A stretch of 64,000 nucleotides of DNA from Pseudomonadota bacterium (GTDB taxonomy: Bacteria > Pseudomonadota > Alphaproteobacteria > Rhodobacterales > Rhodobacteraceae), in assembly GCA_039817245.1 (NCBI GenBank), contig JBCBWF010000001.1:317-64316 (forward strand). The letters are read 5' to 3'. Below, in pieces: positions 44,298 to 53,160 of the stretch (the first letter of the stretch is position 1; every line of letters starts with the position of its first letter). The notes beneath the pieces were generated by a model that worked only from the letters and a program-made list of their open reading frames with translations, made no database searches and was not told where the DNA came from. Made by a program: the position numbers and the translations under genes.

Positions 44298-45362
44298 TCA
44301 TCCGTTGCTCTCGCGGGGCTCTGACGCAGCGGCACGGCCGCGGCGCTCGCCCAGGGGACGGACAGCCGCGAGGCTGCCACCCATGCGGAAGCTGTGGGGC
44401 AGCGACACGAGATCGCTCGCCGCTGCACTCTTCTTCTCGATCGCGTCGAGGACGAGGCGCGCGGCGCTGCGGCCCATATCGGCGCAGGGCGTGACGACGG
44501 TGGCGAGCGTCGGCTCGACCAGCGCGCCGACCGTGATCCCGTCGAAGCCGATCACGCTCATATCGCCCGGCACGTCGTGGCCGAGCCGGCGCAGCGCACC
44601 GATGACGGAGATCGCGAGCATGTCGTTGGAGCAGAACAGCGCCGTGGTCTCCGGCGCGCGCGCCAGCAGGGCGGCAACGGCGGCGGTGTGGTCGGCGACA
44701 TTGTAGTCCACCTCGCTCAGCACCGGCGCCGGCAGACCGGCCGCGGCAAACGCGGCCGCGAAGCCGTCGCCGCGCTGGCGTGCCCGGTCGGAGCTCCGGT
44801 ATCGCCCCGAGACATAGGCGGCGTTACGGTGTCCGAGCGCGATGAGCGCCTCGCCGACCTCGTGCGCGGCGGCACGATTGTCGACACAGACCGCACTCTG
44901 CCCCCGATCCGGCTGGTTGAAGATGAGCGATGTCGGCACGCCGGCATCGCGCGCCAACGCGACCGCTTCGCTGTCATGCGCATCGGTCACGGTCATCAGC
45001 AACCCGTCCACCTGCTTGCCGAGCAGCATGCCCACGGCGCGCACCTCCGCGTCGGCGCTGTAGTCCGCACAGGCGAGGAGGAGCTGGTAGCCCGCCTCCT
45101 GCGCCTCGTGCTGCACCCCCTCCAGCGCGTCGGCAAAGACGGGATTGGCGAGCGTCGGCACCAGCACGCCGAGGGTGCGCGAGCGCTGGCTCTGCAGCGA
45201 CCGGCCGATCTCGTTGAAGCGAAAGCCGAGCGCCTCCGCCGCCATGCGAACCCGCGCGGTCACCTCGGGGCTCGCCCGCGCGCTGCCGTTCAGAACTCTG
45301 CTCACAGTCGCTACGCTGCACTCTGCCTGTCTGGCCACATCCCGGATCGTCGGTCGCACCAT
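44298..45362 (-). CDS. LacI-family transcriptional regulator
   Basis: PTIRDVARQAECSVATVSRVLN HTH; sugar-binding domain with CSNDMLA and GFDG. Confidence 0.93.
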   Translation of the reverse strand: MVRPTIRDVARQAECSVATVSRVLNGSARASPEVTARVRMAAEALGFRFNEIGRSLQSQRSRTLGVLVPTLANPVFADALEGVQHEAQEAGYQLLLACADYSADAEVRAVGMLLGKQVDGLLMTVTDAHDSEAVALARDAGVPTSLIFNQPDRGQSAVCVDNRAAAHEVGEALIALGHRNAAYVSGRYRSSDRARQRGDGFAAAFAAAGLPAPVLSEVDYNVADHTAAVAALLARAPETTALFCSNDMLAISVIGALRRLGHDVPGDMSVIGFDGITVGALVEPTLATVVTPCADMGRSAARLVLDAIEKKSAAASDLVSLPHSFRMGGSLAAVRPLGERRGRAAASEPRESNG

Positions 45363-45378
45363 GGTGCACACCTCGCCT

Positions 45379-45392
45379 TGAAAACGTTCTCA
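45379..45392. promoter_or_regulatory. LacI-type operator
   Basis: TGAAAACGTTCTCA, one mismatch from the palindrome TGAAAACGTTTTCA with the central CG typical of LacI/PurR operators; 16 bp upstream of the LacI start. Confidence 0.78.
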
Positions 45393-45618
45393 GCATGAGC
45401 GATTCGCGCGACAGCGCCGTGACGCGAACGAAAAGACCGCAAGACGGCGCGGTCGGGCGGGTGCCTCATGCCCCGCTACAATATCCGGTACCACTCCCGC
45501 CGCCGGCAGCATAGGTTGGTTGCGTATCGACTCTCGCTTGCTCGCGTCTGGGACGCCGGAAATGCCATCACCACATCAATCCAACTGCAGAGGCAGGCGT
45601 TTGCCGCTCTGTGCCGAG

Positions 45619-47832
45619 ATGCTGAGCGTCCTGCCGGCACTCTGCCTCTTCGCAATGCTGGCCCTTCTGGCCGCGCCCTCGGCAGCCCAGATCCCGATCC
45701 CCTCGGGGGGAGGCAGCGAGGAGACGGCCCGCCCTGCCCTGCCCGAGACGCTGACGCCCGAGCTCATCGACGCGACCATGGCCCGCCTCAGCGATGCCGA
45801 GGTGCGCGCGCTCCTGCGCGAGGAGCTGCAGCGCCAAGCCGAGGCGCAGGCGGCCGCGCAGGAGGAGGCCCTGAGCTCCGTCTCGAACTTCGGCCAGTCG
45901 CTCGCCGGCATGCTCGGGCGCATCGCCACGCGCGCCGAGGGCTGGGCGGTTGCGATCGCGAATATCGAGGAACGCGGCCCCAATATCGAGGAACGCCTCG
46001 CACAGGCCAGCATGGGCGCCTGGGGCATGGTGGGCGCCTTCGTTCTGCTCGCCGGCGCTGCCTTCGCAGCGGCATACGGCTTCTGGCTCCTCACACGAAC
46101 CTGGCGCGAATGGCTGATGCGCCCCGAGCGCGGCAGCTACTGGGAAAAGGTGATCCGCATCCTGCTCATCATGGTCCTGGGGGTCGTGCAGGTGGAGGTC
46201 TTTGTCTCGACCTTCGCCCTGCTCGCACCCGCGCTGAAAGGACCGCTCGGGCCGCTCGAAGCCTATATCTGGATCTTCCACAGCGGCATCGAGATGGGCT
46301 GGTTGTTCCTCGTCATCATGGGGGCCGCCTTCGCACCGCATGTGCCCGCCCTCCGCATCATCAGCCTCGATGACGATGCGGTGGCGGCGATCTGGACGCT
46401 CACGCAGCGCGTGGTGGTGGTGGGCGTCGCCGGCTGGCTGATCGCGGGGCTCTCGCCCACACTCGGCCTCGGTTTCCCGCCCGCCCTGATCACGGTGGCC
46501 CTGGCCGGGCTGATCGTGACCGGCATCCTCGCCGCCGCGGCCATGCGCAACCATGCGGCCATCAGCGCCAGCGTCGCCGCCATCCTGCCGGAAGCGCCCG
46601 ATGGCGAGCTTCGGCCCCTGCGCCGCGCCGCCGCTGTTGCGGCGCCCTGGGTCGCGCTGGCCTATATCGGCATCGCCGCCCTCTACTGGATGCTGCATTG
46701 GCTGGAGCGCGGGGAGCAGCGGCTCGGCGGGCCGGCCGGCACTCTGGTGGTGCTGCTGGTCCTGCCCATTCTCGACCGCCTCGGCCTCGAGATCGCGCGC
46801 ACGCTCACCCGTCGCGAGACCGCGCGCACGCTACGTTTCCGCCAAGCCATCCTGAGCATCTGGCGCATCGCGCTCTCCGTGGCCGCCATCGCCGTCGTAA
46901 CCCGGCTCTGGGGCTTCAACTTCTGGGACCTCGCGCATGGGCCGGGGGCGCCGTCCTGGGGCGCCTCGGTTCTGAACATCGTCTGGGCCGCGGTCATCGG
47001 CTGGGCGGTCTGGCAGCTCATCCGCGCAGGGCTCCACTCGGAGCGCCGCCTGGCCGGGGACAGCGAGGACGACGATCCGGCCGTGACGGGGGGGGCGAGC
47101 CGGCTCGACACGCTCCTGCCGCTCTTCCGCGTGGGGCTGCTGATCGTGCTGGTCACCACGCTCATCCTCTACGCGCTCTCCGAGGCCGGGGTGAATATCG
47201 GCCCGCTGCTGGCCTCCGCCGGCATCATCGGCATCGCGGTCGGCTTCGGGGCGCAGACACTGGTGCGCGACATCTTCTCGGGCATCTTCTTCCTCATCGA
47301 CGACGCCTTCCGGGTCGGCGAATACATCGAGCTCGAGGACGGGATCCGCGGCGAGGTGGAGAGCATCTCGATCCGCTCCCTGCAGCTGCGGCACCATCGC
47401 GGCCCCGTGGTCACCATCCCCTTCGGCGAGCTGAAGAGCGTGACGAACCACAACCGCGACTGGGTCATCTACAAGATGAACTTCCGCATGGAGCCGGAGA
47501 CGGACCCGAAGGTGGTCAAGAAACTCGTCAAGACGGTGGGCGCGGAGTTCCTGGCCCATCCCGAGCATGGCCCCAAATTCCTGGAGCCGCTCAAGAGCCA
47601 GGGCGTCTACATGGTGGACGACGACAGCGCGCTCGTGTTCCGGGTGAAGTTCAAGTGCCGGCCGCGCCAGCAATTCGTGCTCCGCCGCGAGATCTACCAC
47701 CGCCTGAACGAGGTGTTCGCCGAGAACAACGTGATCCTGGCGCGGCGGAAGGTAGAGGTGGTTTCGAGTTCGCCCGAGGAAGCCGCCGGCGCTGCCGAGG
47801 CGGCGCTGAAGCAGCAGCAGCAGACCGCCTGA
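45619..47832 (+). CDS. Large MscS-family mechanosensitive channel (YbiO-like)
   Basis: Signal-like N-terminus, many TM helices, core GIAVGFGAQTLVRDIFSG..DAFRVGEYI, TIPFG. Start may be 45562. Confidence 0.88.
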   Translation: MLSVLPALCLFAMLALLAAPSAAQIPIPSGGGSEETARPALPETLTPELIDATMARLSDAEVRALLREELQRQAEAQAAAQEEALSSVSNFGQSLAGMLGRIATRAEGWAVAIANIEERGPNIEERLAQASMGAWGMVGAFVLLAGAAFAAAYGFWLLTRTWREWLMRPERGSYWEKVIRILLIMVLGVVQVEVFVSTFALLAPALKGPLGPLEAYIWIFHSGIEMGWLFLVIMGAAFAPHVPALRIISLDDDAVAAIWTLTQRVVVVGVAGWLIAGLSPTLGLGFPPALITVALAGLIVTGILAAAAMRNHAAISASVAAILPEAPDGELRPLRRAAAVAAPWVALAYIGIAALYWMLHWLERGEQRLGGPAGTLVVLLVLPILDRLGLEIARTLTRRETARTLRFRQAILSIWRIALSVAAIAVVTRLWGFNFWDLAHGPGAPSWGASVLNIVWAAVIGWAVWQLIRAGLHSERRLAGDSEDDDPAVTGGASRLDTLLPLFRVGLLIVLVTTLILYALSEAGVNIGPLLASAGIIGIAVGFGAQTLVRDIFSGIFFLIDDAFRVGEYIELEDGIRGEVESISIRSLQLRHHRGPVVTIPFGELKSVTNHNRDWVIYKMNFRMEPETDPKVVKKLVKTVGAEFLAHPEHGPKFLEPLKSQGVYMVDDDSALVFRVKFKCRPRQQFVLRREIYHRLNEVFAENNVILARRKVEVVSSSPEEAAGAAEAALKQQQQTA

Positions 47833-47845
47833 GGGAGGCTGAACG

Positions 47846-48658
47846 ATGCGCATTGCCCTTCTCCAGACCGACCCGGTGCGCGGGGGCATCGCCGAGGCGC
47901 ATGCGCGCATCGAGACCGCCGCGGCCGAGGCCCGGGTGGCCGGCGCGGCGATCCTGGTGCTCCCGGAGATGTTCCTGTCGGGCTACGCCATCGGGCCCGA
48001 GGCCATCGCCCGCGCCGCCGAAGGGCCCGAGGGGCCGGGCTGGAGCGGCGTCGCCAGGATCGCGGCGCGCCACGGCCTCGCCATCGCGGCCGGCGGGCCC
48101 CTTGCCTGCGCGGAGGGCGGCGTCTGGAACGCGGCCTGCCTCTATGGCGAGGATGGCAGCCTGCTCGCCAGCTACGCCAAGACCCACCTCTTCGGCGATG
48201 TCGACCGTGCGCAGTTCCGCGCCGGTGACACGCCGTCGCCTGTCGTCGCCCTCGGCGATTGGCAGGTGGGTCTGGCCATCTGCTACGATATCGAGTTTCC
48301 CGAGGTCGCGCGTGCCCTGGCCCTTGCCGGCGCCGAGGCGGTGCTCGTGCCGACCGCGAATATGGAGCCCTTCACCAGCGTCTGCACCCGCCTCGTGCCC
48401 GCGCGGGCGGAGGAGAACGGGCTCGCCATCGCCTATGCCAACTATGTCGGGCCGGAGGGGCCTTTCGTCTATTGCGGCCGCTCCTGCATCGTGGGCGCGG
48501 ATGGCGAGGATCTTGCGCGCGCCGACACAGCAGCGGCGCTTCTGGTCGCCGATCTCGACCGCGCCGCGCTGGCCGAGACGCGCGCGCGCACGCAGTATCT
48601 GGCCGATCGGCGCGCGGCACTCTACACCGCGCTCACGGCCCAACCGTCCGGGTCCTGA
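47846..48658 (+). CDS. Carbon-nitrogen hydrolase, DavA (5-aminovaleramidase)-like
   Basis: E-K-C triad: LPEMF, YAKTHL, ICYDIEFPE; PTANM; paired with the monooxygenase gene. Confidence 0.85.
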   Translation: MRIALLQTDPVRGGIAEAHARIETAAAEARVAGAAILVLPEMFLSGYAIGPEAIARAAEGPEGPGWSGVARIAARHGLAIAAGGPLACAEGGVWNAACLYGEDGSLLASYAKTHLFGDVDRAQFRAGDTPSPVVALGDWQVGLAICYDIEFPEVARALALAGAEAVLVPTANMEPFTSVCTRLVPARAEENGLAIAYANYVGPEGPFVYCGRSCIVGADGEDLARADTAAALLVADLDRAALAETRARTQYLADRRAALYTALTAQPSGS

Positions 48659-48691
48659 CCCACGCGCCATCCAACCATCGCGAGAGCCGCC

Positions 48692-50392
48692 ATGGATCCG
48701 AGCCCCCAGCATCAGACCGGCGCCGAGGCCGGCCCTCCCGTCACCGTCTTCGGCCCGGACTTTCCCTTCGCCTATGACGACTGGCTCAGGCATCCCGCCG
48801 GTCTCGGGCAGTTGCCGGCGGAGAGCCTCGGCAAGCGCGTCGCGGTCATCGGCGCCGGCATGGCGGGGCTGGTGGCGGGCTACGAGCTCATGCGGCTCGG
48901 TCTCCACCCGATCTTCTACGAGTCGGGACAACTCGGCGGCCGCCTGCGCTCGCAGCCCTTCGAAGGGGCCGACGGTGTGGTGGCCGAGCTTGGCGCGATG
49001 CGCTTTCCCCCCGCCTCCACGAGCTTCTGGCACTACGCGGACAAGCTCGGGCTCGAGACGCGCGCCTTCCCCAACCCCCTCACCGAAGCCGCCGGCTCCA
49101 CCGTGATCGAGCTCGAAGGCGAGCGCTACTACGCCCGCAGCATCGCCGATCTGCCGCCCCTCTTCCGCGAAGTGCAGGCGGCCTATGACTGCGCGCTGGA
49201 GGAGGAGGCGGGTTTCGCGGCCCTCCGCAGCGCCATCGCCCGGCGCGACGCCGCCGCGGTGAAGGCGCTCTGGGACCCGCTCGTCGCCGCCTGGGACGAG
49301 CGCACCTTCTACGATTTCGTCACCACCTCGCGCGCCTTCGGTGCGCTCAGCTTCCGCCACCGCGAAGTGTTCGGCCAGGTGGGCTTCGGCACCGGCGGCT
49401 GGGACAGCGACTTCCCGAACTCCATGCTCGAGATCCTGCGCGTCGCCGCCACCGAGCAGGACGTCGCCCAGCGCCACGTGGTCGGCGGGGCGGAGCAGGT
49501 GCCGCAGGGGCTCTGGCGCCGCGTGCCAGAGCGCTGCGCCCACTGGCCCGCCGGCATCAGCCTCGCGCGCCTCAACGACGGCGCGCCCCGGCCGGGCGTC
49601 GTGCGCCTCGCCCGGCTCGGCGGGGAGGCCGGCGACGGGCCCGTCGCCGTCACCGACCGCTGGGGCCGCACCGAGACCTTCGACGCGGTTATCGCCACCT
49701 GCCAGTCCTGGTTGCTGACAACCGCGATCGACACCGAGGAGCGGCTCTTCGCGCCGAAGCTCTGGATGGCGCTCGACCGCACGCGCTACATGCAATCCTC
49801 CAAGACCTTCGTGATGGTCGACCGGGCGTTCTGGACGGATCCGGACCCCGCCACCGGGCGCGACACGCTCTCGATGACGCTCACGGACCGGCTCACCCGC
49901 GGCACCTATCTGTTTGACAACGGGCCCGGCAAACCGGGCGTCATCTGCCTGACCTATAGCTGGATGACCGATGCCTTGAAGATGCTGCCCCTGCCCGTGG
50001 AGCGCAGGGTGGAACTCGCGCTCGATGCGCTCGGCAAGATCTATCCCGGTGTCGATATCGCGGGCCATATCATCGGCGACCCGATCACGGTGAGCTGGGA
50101 GGCGGATCCGAACTTCCTCGGTGCCTTCAAGGGGGCGCTGCCCGGGCACTACCGCTACAACCACCGCATGTTCGGCCAGTTCATGCAGGGCGCCCTGCCG
50201 CCCGCCGAGCGCGGGGTCTTCATCGCGGGCGACGATGTGAGCTTCATGCCGGGATGGGTGGAGGGCGCGGTGCAGACCGCGCTCAACGCGGCATGGGGCG
50301 TGATGAGCGCATACGGCGGCCGCTCAGACCCCGCCAATCCGGGCCCCGGAGATTGTTACGAGGCGCTCGGCCCCGTGCGCCTGCCGGACTGA
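48692..50392 (+). CDS. davB: Flavin amino-acid 2-monooxygenase (lysine 2-monooxygenase DavB / Trp 2-monooxygenase family)
   Basis: FGPDFPFAYDDW, VIGAGMAG (FAD), AELGAMRFP, GWDSDFPNSMLEILR, GAFKGALPGHYRY, GWVEGAVQTALNA. Confidence 0.8.
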   Translation: MDPSPQHQTGAEAGPPVTVFGPDFPFAYDDWLRHPAGLGQLPAESLGKRVAVIGAGMAGLVAGYELMRLGLHPIFYESGQLGGRLRSQPFEGADGVVAELGAMRFPPASTSFWHYADKLGLETRAFPNPLTEAAGSTVIELEGERYYARSIADLPPLFREVQAAYDCALEEEAGFAALRSAIARRDAAAVKALWDPLVAAWDERTFYDFVTTSRAFGALSFRHREVFGQVGFGTGGWDSDFPNSMLEILRVAATEQDVAQRHVVGGAEQVPQGLWRRVPERCAHWPAGISLARLNDGAPRPGVVRLARLGGEAGDGPVAVTDRWGRTETFDAVIATCQSWLLTTAIDTEERLFAPKLWMALDRTRYMQSSKTFVMVDRAFWTDPDPATGRDTLSMTLTDRLTRGTYLFDNGPGKPGVICLTYSWMTDALKMLPLPVERRVELALDALGKIYPGVDIAGHIIGDPITVSWEADPNFLGAFKGALPGHYRYNHRMFGQFMQGALPPAERGVFIAGDDVSFMPGWVEGAVQTALNAAWGVMSAYGGRSDPANPGPGDCYEALGPVRLPD

Positions 50393-50404
50393 GGCCTGCC
50401 GCGC

Positions 50405-51574
50405 CTAGGCTGCGCGCGGCATCGCCAGATAGGCCGAAGCGAAGAGCACCGGCCCGAGCGCCCAGTTCACTTCCAGCGGCGTCAGGAAGTCCGCCATGGG
50501 CAGCACGACCGCCAGCGCCAGAAGCGGCGCCTCCCAGACCCGCGCCTCCCGGCCGAGCATGGCGCGCACCTGAAAGAGGCCGCCGACGACCAGGATCAGC
50601 AGATCGTAATCCATCACCCGCGGCGAGGCGGCGACGCAGGCGAAGGCGAGAAGTGCGGCGCGCTCATCCGCCGAACCGCGGCCCCGCGCCCAGACCCCGA
50701 GCAGGGCGAAAAGCACCGCGAGGCTGAGCAGCGCCTGGACGCCGATCGCCGCCGTCCCCGGCGCGCCGAGCCCGCGCAGGAAGCCATGCAGGCTCGCATG
50801 GATCTTCCAGATATCGTTGGAGACGAGATCGCGGGACGACTGGCCGAGGGCGGCGAAGAACCCTTCCCAGGCGCTCCAGCCGAGCAGCACCGTCGCCAGC
50901 CCCGCCGCGCCGAGCGCCACCGCCGCGGCAACCGCGAGCACACCCCATCGCTTTGCCGCCAGCAGCGCCAGCGGCGCCGCGAGCGCCACCTGCGGCTTGA
51001 TGCTCAGAAGCCCGAGCGCGATGCCGGCCATCCAGCCGCGCCGCCCATTCTCCAGCGCCAGCAGCATCAGGCCCAGAAGTGCTGCGGTGAGGAACCCGGT
51101 CTGCCCGTTCACCAGCAAGAGCACGGCGGTGGCCGGCGCAAACGCGGCCGCGACCGCCTCCCAGCGCGGCAGGATCCGCCAGACCACCACGCCGTAGCCA
51201 ATCGCCGTCGCCAGCGTCCAGATCGCCTGCGCGGGCAGGAGCGGGAGCGCACCGAGCGGGGTCAGCACCATCTGCAGATGCGGCGGGTAGAACCAGGACA
51301 TCAGCCGCTCATAGGGCCGCCCCAGCGCCTCCGATTGCACGGCCTGCATCGCGGCCGGGTCGTAGGCCGTCGCCGCCCTGCCCTCCAGCGCCAGATGCGC
51401 CGCGCCCCAGAAGGCGCCGAAATCCATCAGCGTCCCGGGCCCGCCGGGACGGTAGACCATCCAGAGCACCCCCGCCGCGATCGCGACATTGCCGATGGCG
51501 AGGATCGCGGCGACGAGCCCGACGCGCCCCGCGCGCCAGAAACCCTCCGCCACCGCGGGCTCGGCCACGCTCAC
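50405..51574 (-). CDS. GT87/DUF2029 polyprenol-phosphate-sugar-dependent membrane glycosyltransferase
   Basis: DFGAFWGAA, WFYPP, NGQTG, IKPQ, DYD; polytopic; GTGA overlap with gtrA. Confidence 0.8.
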   Translation of the reverse strand: MSVAEPAVAEGFWRAGRVGLVAAILAIGNVAIAAGVLWMVYRPGGPGTLMDFGAFWGAAHLALEGRAATAYDPAAMQAVQSEALGRPYERLMSWFYPPHLQMVLTPLGALPLLPAQAIWTLATAIGYGVVVWRILPRWEAVAAAFAPATAVLLLVNGQTGFLTAALLGLMLLALENGRRGWMAGIALGLLSIKPQVALAAPLALLAAKRWGVLAVAAAVALGAAGLATVLLGWSAWEGFFAALGQSSRDLVSNDIWKIHASLHGFLRGLGAPGTAAIGVQALLSLAVLFALLGVWARGRGSADERAALLAFACVAASPRVMDYDLLILVVGGLFQVRAMLGREARVWEAPLLALAVVLPMADFLTPLEVNWALGPVLFASAYLAMPRAA

Positions 51575-51987
51575 TTGCCCCCGCTCCGCCGCCCGAAGAC
51601 GAGCAGGTGGAAGAGGACGAAATTCGTCGCCGGCACCAGCACCACGAAGATCGCGACGGCGAGCTGATAGGGCCCGTCCAGCGCCGCCACCGCCGCGAGC
51701 GTCGCCTGGCTGACCGCGAAGGAACTGCCCGAGACCGCAACGAAACGCAGCGCCGTCTCCCCATGCGCGCCGGCCGCGCGGTAGGTCCAGTGGTAGTGCC
51801 CCAGATAGGAGACCGGCAGCGCCGCCACGAAGGCGACGGGATTGGCAAGCTCCGGATGCAGCCCTGCCAGCTCCACCAGCGCGAAGAGCACCCCCACATG
51901 CGTCGCGGTCGCACCGAGCCCGACGATACCGAAGCGCAGGATGCGCCCGGCCTCCCGCCTCAGCCATGCGACGGCGCTCTCGCTCAC
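51571..51987 (-). CDS. gtrA: GtrA-family flippase
   Basis: RFGIVGLGAT, AN.VAF, WTY, four TM helices, 138 aa; GTGA overlap with gtrB. Confidence 0.85.
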   Translation of the reverse strand: MSESAVAWLRREAGRILRFGIVGLGATATHVGVLFALVELAGLHPELANPVAFVAALPVSYLGHYHWTYRAAGAHGETALRFVAVSGSSFAVSQATLAAVAALDGPYQLAVAIFVVLVPATNFVLFHLLVFGRRSGGK

Positions 51988-52991
51988 TCCGCCTCTCCCT
52001 CGTCGAAGCCGCGGCGCTCGCGCACGAGGTAGAGGGGGCGGTGCTTCGTCTCGATCATGATCCGCCCGATATACTCGCCCAGCACCCCGAGCGAGATGAG
52101 CTGCACGCCGCCGAGAAAGAGCGTGACGGTGATGAGCGAGGCGTAGCCCGGCACATCCTCCCCCACCACCAGCGTCTTCAGAATGATGAAGCCGCCATAG
52201 AGGAACGCGGCCCCCGCCACCGCGAAGCCGAGATAACTCCACATCCGGAGCGGCCAGGTGCTGAATGAGGTGATCCCGTCGAGCGCGAAGTTCCACAGCT
52301 TCCAGGGGTTGAACTTGCTGTCGCCCGCGTGGCGCTCCTTGTGGTCGTAGGTGATGGTCGTGACGCGAAACCCGACCCAGGCGAAGAGGCCCTTCATGAA
52401 CCGGTTACGCTCGGGCAGCGTGCGCAGCGCGGCGATCACCGCCCGGTCGAGAAGCCTGAAGTCCCCCGTCTCCGGGGGGATGGCCGTGTCGGCGATCCGG
52501 TTGAAGAAGCGGTAGAAATGGCGGCTGAAGAAGGCCCGGCGGCTGCTGTCCGTCGCGCGGTCCGCCCGGGTGGCGGCGACCACGTCCCAGCCCTCGCGCC
52601 AGGCGGCGACCATGTCGGGGATCACCTCCGGGCGCATCTGCAGATCCGCGTCGATGCTCACCACCGCATCCCCGTCGCAATGGTCGATCGCCGCCGTCAG
52701 CGCCGCCTCCTTGCCGAAGTTGCGGGTGAAGGAGAGGACGCGGATCGCAGGCTCGCGCGCAGCCCAGCCGGTGAGGCAGGCCATGGTCCCGTCGCTGCTG
52801 CCGTCGTCGACGCAGACGATCTCGAACCGGTCGGTCACGCTGCGGCAGACCGGCAGGAGCGCCTCGAAGAACGCATCCGCCGACTGCGCCTCGTTGTACA
52901 TCGGCACGATGACGGAGAGGCGGAACGTCGCTGCGGCGCGCGCATCGCCGGGCGCGCCGGTGCCTGTCGTGATGCCGCTCGTCTCGGGCAT
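51984..52991 (-). CDS. gtrB: GT2 bactoprenol glycosyltransferase (GtrB/YfdH-like)
   Basis: VIVPMYNE, DDGSSD, RNFGKEAAL, DADLQ, TGDFRLLDR, LPERNRFMKGLFAWVGF, two C-terminal TMs. Confidence 0.9.
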   Translation of the reverse strand: MPETSGITTGTGAPGDARAAATFRLSVIVPMYNEAQSADAFFEALLPVCRSVTDRFEIVCVDDGSSDGTMACLTGWAAREPAIRVLSFTRNFGKEAALTAAIDHCDGDAVVSIDADLQMRPEVIPDMVAAWREGWDVVAATRADRATDSSRRAFFSRHFYRFFNRIADTAIPPETGDFRLLDRAVIAALRTLPERNRFMKGLFAWVGFRVTTITYDHKERHAGDSKFNPWKLWNFALDGITSFSTWPLRMWSYLGFAVAGAAFLYGGFIILKTLVVGEDVPGYASLITVTLFLGGVQLISLGVLGEYIGRIMIETKHRPLYLVRERRGFDEGEAE

Positions 52992-53160
52992 GCCGCTCGG
53001 CCCTTTCCTGCTTCGCCCGGGCTGATCTGCCCCCAAAGCGGGACATCACTATGGCAGTCTTGGGGCGGCTGTCATCCGCGCCGGGCGTCCGGGCGTGCAA
53101 CGCGACCAATCGGTTCGCAGATGTGGCATGGATCGCGCCCGGAGCGCACGCGGCCGCTGC

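Noticed and set aside
45961-45996. Direct repeat AATATCGAGGAACGC in mscS (NIEER x2)
   Set aside because: A single short in-frame duplication in a variable periplasmic region; no array or mobile-element features.
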